Shown here piece by piece: positions 56,195 to 64,000 of a stretch of DNA of 64,000 nt; position 1 is the first letter of the stretch; each line of letters opens with the position of its first letter. The notes under the pieces are model-generated. The model searched no databases, was not told where the DNA came from, and saw nothing but the letters and a program-made list of their open reading frames with translations. Origin of the DNA: a virus; IMG/VR virus record IMGVR_UViG_3300045125_000031, positions 37,242 through 101,241 of that record. The stretch is one strand, 5' to 3'. The translations under genes and the position numbers were made by a program.

Positions 56195-56657
56195 TTATCT
56201 TATTGAATACATGAAGATACATTTAATTAGTTTAGAACAAGACTTAGAGAACATTGCACAGGAAATGGAATCTCTTGACCCTGAATCTAAGGCTTGTAAA
56301 GAATTAGACTTTGAATATAATTACCTATCAGGACAATCTATTGCTACCCGCCACTTTATACAGATTGGAGAAGAACATGCAAGCAATTAATGAGTTAGAC
56401 CCAAGGTTGCAGTTAGCAGTCGATATGCGTATATCTGGTTTGGATATTATGCATGGGGAATTAAAAGTATTATTACTTGAAGCAGAGCGGGAACTGGAAG
56501 AAGCCCAACAGATTGAACAAGATAATGATTACTCAGACGCTATGCAATCCATGGAGCGTAAGTACTGGGAGGGACAGGTAGACGCTCTTGCATATTTATA
56601 CGGGTTGACATATCAACTTTCATTTGCTATTATGGATAAAAACAACAAGGAGACAGA

Positions 56658-56999
56658 ATGATTAAAGTAGACAACTTACAACTAATTGGTGAATTCTCAG
56701 TAGATAGCGGACAGGCTATTGTTGGGGACCCGTGCTATTTAGAGGATTGGAAGCCTTGGGACTCAGAGGCTGTAAAGTTTGATGAGCATAAGAATAAGGC
56801 TGGAGAATACGGCTATCTTGGGGCCTGCGAGGCTACCATTAGCAAGGGCTTTGGTCAGTTGGGTGGAGCGAGTGCTGTTGCCTTTAGTACTGGCTATGGT
56901 GACGGTTTGTACCCTGTATATGCCCATATGAATGAGGATGGCAGAGTCGGACTTGTTGTCATTGATTTTACGGGAGAATATAACGTTAGCGATGACTAA
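56658..56999 (+). CDS. DUF4241-like protein
   Basis: VDSGQ..VGDPCY and FSTGYGDGLYPVY motifs. Confidence 0.7.
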   Translation: MIKVDNLQLIGEFSVDSGQAIVGDPCYLEDWKPWDSEAVKFDEHKNKAGEYGYLGACEATISKGFGQLGGASAVAFSTGYGDGLYPVYAHMNEDGRVGLVVIDFTGEYNVSDD

Positions 57000-57699
57000 T
57001 CGATCCCTGGTTTTGTGACGACGGTCACTACGTAAAGCGGAGGTTGGGTCCCTTCGCTGCAGATAAAAGGGGGCAGGCCTGACTGTCTACGGGCTTGCCT
57101 CCCACATCTTTTTTGATACAATCTAATAGGAGGAACTATGGCTTACAGCGTTAGGCGAGCACCACAAAATACAAAAGAAATACAGGTAGCAAGCAGAATA
57201 GCCAAGATTATTAATGAAGACATGGGGCTAAATCTGGAAGCAGTTGGCTATCATCTGGTTCGCAATCACCCACCAATCGTGTGGCACCGCCTTGAGGTTC
57301 TCGCCTTGACAGCGGGGGAAGAACATGATAAACTTATGAGTGACTATTTAGGAGAAGAGCATGTCAATAGACTTTACAGATAAGTGTGGTATTTTAGGTC
57401 AGTTCTGGTTTGAATACAGAGATGACGAAAAACTTGGAGAGTTCATCTCCTACAACGACATTGGCTTGCCTTTGTCATGGTTTATTTCTACAGGGGTAGT
57501 AACACCAAACCCTATTGCTGAAGACTATGTAAATGAAACCTTTGCGTTATTCTTGGCAGCATTATCGCTAACCGAAGATGATGTTGATGGTTTGGATAAT
57601 CTCAATGATGTCCTTGAGGTTGTTGAATCTAATTTAGAGGACGAAGAGTAAAAATCTCAGTCCCCCTGCGGGGGCTGCCTAGATCATCATTTAGCATAT

Positions 57700-58660
57700 A
57701 ACAAACCATCAAACCAAATTTGCAAATAGATTACGAACCATTGTAAATTTTTCCCAGAAAGATTACGATCCAAACCATATTTTCCCCAAACCTTATATCA
57801 TAATATTTTTGGTTTGTCAAACCATAGTATCCTAGTGTATAGTTGTATATAGTACTAGGGGTATTACGAAGAGTCTTTTCTATTCCCCGCCGTTTTTAGG
57901 CGGGTATCAAACCAGTGTTATAATGGTTATATGAGTCCCCGTCACTTTTCTAAGATGTATCAAAACAAAAACCAACACAGACATGATCAGCAATCTGATT
58001 GGGACTCCTTTACGAAAGACATGACGGTTTTGACGGGTATGTTATATACAATTGCTAAGTGGCCTATCAAACCATTCATCCCTGCATTCTATAAAACAGC
58101 CAAGGAGTATCAAAAGGATTACGAACCTATCTATAATGCTCCACAGGATTGTCCTTGTGGATGCCCGCCCAATAATTGCACCTGCTGCTGCTCAAAGGCA
58201 GAGGGCTGCGGGCACCGCAAATAACGGCGGGTATAAAAAGATTACGATCATACCCTAATTCCCCCTATATATACATATCAAACCATTTTTCCTGGTTTTA
58301 AAACATTTTTAAAAGTATTACGAACTTTCTGGAATTTTTCCCAGAAATTTGGCAATTTTCCTGCATAAAAGATTACGAAGATACTTGACAAACCATGGTT
58401 TTGCAGATATAATGCCCAAACCTTTATATAATGGTTTGACAGATATGATGGTTTGTGGTATAAGATGGCATGATGGTTTGATGGATATATGGTTTTGTGG
58501 TTTGGGATTACGAACGCCATCGTTAAAAGCGTTCCATACACCACTATCCTCCACTTTACTCCACTTTAACCCTATCCAATAATATAATCAGTAAGATTTA
58601 TCTGTGGATAACTTGTGGATAACTATACCAAACCATCTATCAACCTGTGGATAACTTCGA
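57700..58660. repeat. Iteron-like repeat region with DnaA boxes (candidate replication origin)
   Basis: Eight (G/T)ATTACGA copies, many AAACCA/TGGTTT copies and three TGTGGATAA boxes at 58603, 58614 and 58646. Confidence 0.55.
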
Positions 58661-58699
58661 CGGTATATAAACCAATTGACCATATGCTACAATGAATAT

Positions 58700-58930
58700 A
58701 TGTGGTGGTCATGGGTATTAGCAGTTATAGGCGTAGCAGGTATTTACTTTGTTGGTCGTAAGGACAAATGGGGATGGTTTGTCTTATTGTTCAACGAATG
58801 CCTGTGGATAACTTATGCTCTTATAACAAACCAGTATGGTTTTATATTCTCAGCCTTAGCCTATGCAGCCGTATATATCAGATCATATATCCATTGGTCT
58901 AAAGAACCAGTTAATGAGATACCTCTATAG
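58700..58930 (+). CDS. PnuC-like small membrane protein
   Basis: MWWSWVLAVIGVAGIYFVGRKDKWGW...QYGF; three TM helices. Confidence 0.6.
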   Translation: MWWSWVLAVIGVAGIYFVGRKDKWGWFVLLFNECLWITYALITNQYGFIFSALAYAAVYIRSYIHWSKEPVNEIPL

Positions 58931-58958
58931 GTTATATAGGGGATAGTGGGTATATTCT

Positions 58959-59330
58959 CTATACCGTCAGATTTTTGGCTGTGCATGGTTCATCCACTTT
59001 ATGAGCCACATAAGCCCCACAAGGACAAGATGATGTACTACAATGGCAATCCCAAGTTCTTGGTTGTTTATCTACTTTATCAATGCTGCATGGCTCATTC
59101 TTTGGATGGGTAATAAACTCCCCACATGGACAAAAACCAGATGAATCATTGCAAACACTTTCATCCCTATCCCCATAACTATAAAGATGGGTAGGAAATG
59201 GGATCTTGTCTGAGTTATCCTCAGTAACCTGAGTAAAGGTATTATTAGCACATGTATGACATATCAAACCATCATCTGTTTCTGAAGGAATATTGTTACC
59301 ACATTTACCACATCTATAAAGGTTTGTCAT
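58959..59330 (-). CDS. Cys/His-rich zinc-finger-like protein
   Basis: CGKC...CHTC plus two CPCG....H....PC repeats; leaderless promoter. Confidence 0.55.
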   Translation of the reverse strand: MTNLYRCGKCGNNIPSETDDGLICHTCANNTFTQVTEDNSDKIPFPTHLYSYGDRDESVCNDSSGFCPCGEFITHPKNEPCSIDKVDKQPRTWDCHCSTSSCPCGAYVAHKVDEPCTAKNLTV

Positions 59331-59477
59331 TATTGATAGTATAGCAGACAGGCGATATTTGTTATATTAATCCATAGTGCTCGTTTAGAGCATAGGGGGA
59401 TTTGTATTTCTATTTTCCGCCGAACTTTAACTCCCGTCAAAAAAATCGATTTAAGAACTATATGATATAATCTTTAT

Positions 59478-60266
59478 ATGCCTAACTACGATTTATTAGA
59501 AGCAAGAGATCCCGACAAACTAAACTCACTAAAAGAGATTTGGGAACCAAAAAAGGAATACATTGAGAAGGATCTATGGGTCATTCGCAACTTCCTATCA
59601 CCAGAAGAAATAGAATGGTTTAATAAGGAAGCCAACGATCCTGAAGGTTGGTATCCAACAATGCGTTCCCCATACGGTGGTAACATTAGAAATAAGTTTC
59701 TTGGCTATGTTCCTGAGTATGGTGATGATGGAGTTTTAATTCCACCGCATCCAAAAAATAATCCAAAGTTTATACCTGTACCTCATTTAGGAAATATTGA
59801 ACAGAGATTAGAGGCAGTCCTACCTAAATATTTTGCAGGTGCTGGAGCATTACAGTCTTTCTTTGAGGTTCCAGAAGATGAGCCTCTTTCTTGGAGTCCA
59901 GACCTTAAGGTAAAAGATATTGATTGGGCCATGGACTTTCATTACGAAAGAGACCACGAGGATTCAGAAGAATATCAGCACACAATAGTTTCAGGTTCAG
60001 ATACTAAAGATGCTGTAATGTCAGAGACTGTTATTACTGCATCATTTAATGTATATTTAAACGATAACTTTGATGGTGGTATCTTAGAGTTTAAAAATAA
60101 AGATTATGTTATCAAACCAGAAGTGGGAATGCTTATAAATATTCCTCTATATAGAGAGTTTGAGCATAGAGTTACCAAGGTTACAAATGGTAATAGACAT
60201 ACTATCTATGGAAGATGCTGGGAAGATATCGATAAGTCTTTCTTATCATCAAGAGAAGATTGTTAG
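59478..60266 (+). CDS. 2OG-Fe(II) oxygenase, prolyl 4-hydroxylase-like
   Basis: HYE, YLNDNFDGGILEF and HRVTKVTNGNRHT motifs. Confidence 0.8.
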   Translation: MPNYDLLEARDPDKLNSLKEIWEPKKEYIEKDLWVIRNFLSPEEIEWFNKEANDPEGWYPTMRSPYGGNIRNKFLGYVPEYGDDGVLIPPHPKNNPKFIPVPHLGNIEQRLEAVLPKYFAGAGALQSFFEVPEDEPLSWSPDLKVKDIDWAMDFHYERDHEDSEEYQHTIVSGSDTKDAVMSETVITASFNVYLNDNFDGGILEFKNKDYVIKPEVGMLINIPLYREFEHRVTKVTNGNRHTIYGRCWEDIDKSFLSSREDC

Positions 60267-61632
60267 TGAATAAACGCAAATTAAAAGATGGCACAGAAGT
60301 AGATTCTTTTGACCATCCAATAGATCTTATTATTCATACTAAGGCTCCTGGTAAATGGCTTGTCATAGACTTAGAGACTGGTCAAGAATACATAGGATCT
60401 GAGATAACTCACCCATCATTTGGAGAAACCTTGAGGCAAAAGGTTATGGAATGTAAGATAGGTTCTTGGGTTAAAACAAAAGATAAAAATGGCAAAAATG
60501 TCATATAATTGAATTGGTGTATAATGAATAGTATGTTACAAGTTAAAAAGATCTGTTCTCATTGTGGTACTTCCTTTGAGGTAGATATAGATATTGAAGA
60601 TAAGGACTCTCTATGTCCCGCCACAAATTGCTATGGCAAAAAGACTAAATGCATTAAATGTGATGATTTTGCTAAATTTACTCAGCCAGATAAAGATACT
60701 GGTCATATTGTTGATGTGTGCGACAGGCATTTTATTTTTAAATATATGGGGTAGCATATTTAATGAAACAATCTAATGAAAATAGATCAGAGACTCAACG
60801 CAAAAGGTCTGAGAAAAATAAAGATAGGCTTGCTGACAAACCACATCTATCTAAGCATGAAAGATGGGAAATAAAAGAAAGACTTCGTATTATATCTGAA
60901 GCATTTTCTGAAGATAACTTTACAAAATAGTCCGTTTGCTGTATACTGTAATATATGACTGGTAAGGTTGTGATTTGTCCCGTGTGCAAAAAAGAAACTG
61001 AAGTGCGTTGGGGTATATTTGCACATGATACACTAAATAGACATATGAAGGAGCATAAATGAAAACTATAGTTTTCCAGATCCAGATAAAGAAGGGTATG
61101 AGATTGTCATACCTACTGAAGTAGTTAAAGATATTATTCTGCAGTATATGAAAAATACCTTTTATTGGTCTGTAGGATTATTTAGTTTTATCATAGGTAT
61201 CTTAGTAGGAGTGTTGATATGAGCAGGAAGCAAGTAGAGTTTCCAAGAAATTCAAGAAGAGGTACTTGTAACTTTAAGAACAAAGTGTCCAGAAAAATAT
61301 CTCCTCGTTGATAGAGAAAATGGTAATGTATTCGTTGCTAAAGAGACGGGTGAGTGGGAGTTAATTCGTGGTAGATAAGATTGTTAATTTTATTTTTAAA
61401 TGGGAAAGACTTAGAGTTGCAATCTTTTTGATGAGGTTAATTTTTATAATTCATTTACTCGCATTCTAAATGATCCAGAGTCTATGAAGACAGCATCTGC
61501 TTTTTGGGATGATGTAGATGGTTGGCGTGGATGGACAATTAAAGATGATGGTAATTACTACTTTCATGATTTGCCAGAAAAATCTTTAGGTGATATACTT
61601 GAGATGATATCAGAGAAAACAGAGGAGAAATA

Positions 61633-61827
61633 ATGAGTATGTGTGGATGTGGTTTTTCAACTGAGTATCCAGTTTGTAATGGTACCCATAAGGTTGTAAA
61701 AGAAATTAAAGATAAAATTATTGCTGAAATAGAAAAAATACCTCTTGAAAGTAATGGTGCACAATTAAATGCTTTAGGTATGAGAATGCTTGTGGTAGAC
61801 GTAATTAAAAAGGCCAAGGGTGTCTAA
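61633..61827 (+). CDS. CDGSH iron-sulfur domain protein
   Basis: CGCGFSTEYPVCNGTH matches C-x-C-x2-S-x3-P-x-C-D/N-G-S/T-H. Confidence 0.8.
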   Translation: MSMCGCGFSTEYPVCNGTHKVVKEIKDKIIAEIEKIPLESNGAQLNALGMRMLVVDVIKKAKGV

Positions 61828-62111
61828 CTGGGTTTGCCCCTGTAATGGCTGTAAAGGGCACAGAAGGTCGTTATAGACCAGATCATTGAAGAGTATAAGT
61901 CTTGTCCTAATATAGTTGAGGCTGATGGAAAACTATTTTGCTATACATGGTGGAGACATGACGATTGTGTAAGATTGAGGCAATTGCTAAATAAGATTAC
62001 GAACAATGATTTGTATACCCTGCCAGAAATAAAAGCCATCAGTTAAAGATGCTATATCAACAATGATGAACGATCCTAATACTGCCGAAATTTTAAGAAG
62101 GATGGAAGATA

Positions 62112-62550
62112 ATGGAATATAATTTTCAATCAGATTCTAAAAAAGCGGAGATGAATTCGAAGATTTTGTTTTAAAAGATTTACAAACTCGTGGTTTTAAT
62201 AAGATAGATAAAAATATTTACATGCCTGGAACTGGATGTGAGGTAGATTTTATTGCTTATGGAGAAAGAGATGAATATGTTGAGTCTAAAGGTGGACGAG
62301 ACGATGCTAAAAAAAGACCAGGGGCACAAAGAACAGATAACGTAAAAGGCTATAGCAAATGGTGCCTTGATTAAGGTTAAATACCCAGATATATATTATG
62401 TTGTTTACTTTTCTGCCAAGCCTATTACAGGTAGTTATTACATGAAATGATTGAGGTAGCGTTGTGTAATAAAATAATTAATGAAGTAAGGTATCTAAAG
62501 TATGAAAATCGAAGAACTTGACATTCAACCTATGCTGTTCTATAATTAAT
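62112..62550 (+). CDS. PD-(D/E)xK nuclease-like protein (frameshifted; end approximate)
   Basis: GDEFEDFV, GCEVDFIA, YVESKGG and RPGAQRTDNVK motifs. Confidence 0.6.
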
Positions 62551-63588
62551 ATTGTAAGCACATAAACCTAACAGAAAGATATAGAATGAAAAATATAAGG
62601 ACTGGAGCAAAACAAGCAAGGCTGTTTTTAATGCCCCGCTAATGTTCGGCATTGGCTGGGTAAATGCAGATTTTTTTAATGAAATATTTAACTGGAACTT
62701 AAATCATCTTGCTCTTGCTACAACATTTGGAATTATATTTGGATTGATGGAACTTGCTAAACCAGCAGGTGCTGGATTTTTTGTAAATGAGCCTAAATCT
62801 AAGCAGGAAAAAACACAAGCAAAAGAAAAAGAAAAGAAGTATCAAACTTATATAAAGAACAAAATGGTGTTGGAATATTTCAATCATTAATCTTTCCATT
62901 GATTGTTTGGGTAGGATCTTTTATATATCTTTTATCGTCTAATGTTAGTTTATTTTGGAGTTTTTGTTTATCAGCAATTGGCGCAACATTTTTAATGAAT
63001 TCTGCTCAAAAGGAAGGTCAAAAGAATTGTCAAAGAGAGCAAATTTAAAAATTTTACAGGAAGGAATAAAGTAATGACAGACAATCAACAACCGAAGGTT
63101 TCTGATGTTTTACTTGGCATCTTTGCCATACTTTAGTATTAGCAATACCATTTGGAATATATAAGGCAGTTGATTCTATTTTTTTAAATAAAAATGATAG
63201 CCCTTGTGCAAGTGGAGAATTTTTAGCAATGGTGGAGATTGCATCTCTTGGGATGATCATAATAAAAATACTGAAAAACTATTACAGTCATTAAGAAAAG
63301 AAGTTTCTTTAATGCAAGTGGTAGCGTTAGAGGAACTAAATCAGAATATTTTAGTGAAGGTAATTGGAAAGTGTCTTGGCAAACATATGGAAATTGCTAT
63401 TATGCTGGGATGCTGGAAGGAAATGATATAAGTTATTCAGATGGAAAAGTAATTAGTGCAGATGCGGTTACTTCAGGAACATCATATTTATACAACTTAA
63501 AAGAAGGATATATATATGGATGTAATAATCCACCTAGCACCGTCTTGTGGTTGGGATATTCAGTTTACTCCAATTAAATAAGGTTTAA

Positions 63589-63662
63589 GGAGCAGTAGCC
63601 AAGTTGGTCAAGGCCCCGAACTCATAATTCGGCTATCGTAGGTTCAAGTCCTACCTGCTCTA
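63589..63662 (+). tRNA. tRNA with CAT anticodon (elongator Met or Ile2)
   Basis: Cloverleaf: acceptor GGAGCAG/CTGCTCT, anticodon arm CCGAA-CTCATAA-TTCGG and T arm GTAGG-TTCAAGT-CCTAC. It lacks the three G-C pairs of an initiator and has no encoded CCA. Confidence 0.9.
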
Positions 63663-63852
63663 CTAGGCTTATTCAGATTCTACTCAGGATAAGTACGACT
63701 GTTCCGAAACTAACGCCAGGTGGCAGTGTGGCATAACACTTGTAGAGGTGCAAACCATTAACTTGCATCTAGGAATAGAGTTAGCAGTCAAGGCGCAGAA
63801 AGAATGCGAATGGCGTGGTCAACATTTAAAATTGCGTAGAGCAGTCCAGAAG

Positions 63853-64000
63853 GAAGGGCGCACGAAAAACGAGCGTTTCACGATAAATGCGAAAACGGTT
63901 AAACACTCGCCGACAATGAAAAAGTGCAGGCAGAAAGCGTTTCACGATAAATGCGAAAACGGTTAAACACCTGAATTTTCCGATAAATGAACGAAGTACA
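63853..64000 (-). other. Oxford Nanopore rapid adapter / MuA end sequence (technical artefact)
   Basis: Reverse complement contains GTTTTCGCATTTATCGTGAAACGCT (twice), GTGTTTAACC and TGTACTTCGTTCA, all recognised from ONT rapid-kit adapter sequences. Confidence 0.9.

Larger units (their letters stand above)
46379..57651 (+). other. Early region: many short genes in short transcription units
   Basis: Tightly coupled 40-140 aa ORFs with AGAAAGGA/GGAG RBS, separated by promoter cassettes. Confidence 0.75.

Noticed and set aside
58803-58811. Additional DnaA box TGTGGATAA
   Set aside because: It lies inside the PnuC-like CDS (codons for LWIT) and may be incidental.
1-63600. Dozens of split genes suggesting pseudogenes, programmed frameshifts or a recoded genetic code
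   Set aside because: The breaks are single-base indels, often in homopolymers, and hit essential genes such as capsid, portal and nrdJ. Frames shift instead of reading through one stop type, and adapter sequence shows raw nanopore origin.
63853-64000. Two 35-nt direct repeats with a ~29-nt spacer resembling a mini CRISPR array, and ORF 63748-63966
   Set aside because: The repeat is the reverse complement of the ONT rapid-kit MuA end plus flank, and the read ends in adapter sequence. It is a library artefact.

Overview
The window is about 64 kb of a low-GC tailed-phage genome with a siphovirus-like head-tail module. The host is probably an actinobacterium, inferred from leaderless extended -10 promoters, AGAAAGGA ribosome-binding sites and PafBC-, WhiA- and CRP-type motifs. 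The sequence is uncorrected long-read data. Most long genes are broken by single-base indels, and the last ~150 nt are Oxford Nanopore rapid-kit adapter, so many CDS coordinates below were stitched by hand across frameshifts and are approximate. Positions 1-46.1 kb are almost all minus strand. They hold tail and head genes, a class II ribonucleotide reductase, an array of eight 2OG-Fe(II) oxygenases, tail-fibre genes, a sugar-modification cluster and a glutathione-peroxidase-like gene. Positions 46.3-63.7 kb are mostly plus strand: small early genes in repeated promoter cassettes, a candidate origin and one tRNA. Three candidate novel systems stand out. (1) Two unrelated proline-repeat proteins, one with (PFF)n repeats and one with (PVAPSPAA)n repeats, end in the same 8-Cys tip CxCGYCWRCxVCCPGxxCxC, and each heads its own cluster of prolyl-hydroxylase-like and sugar enzymes. 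This resembles a phage hydroxyproline-rich glycoprotein pathway. (2) A compact H-type RNA pseudoknot with covarying stems occurs five times at the ends of early transcription units, once as part of a larger kissing-loop RNA that exposes an anti-Shine-Dalgarno sequence. (3) Early promoters are assembled from PafBC-type, CRP/GlxR-type, WhiA-type and DnaA host-regulator sites.
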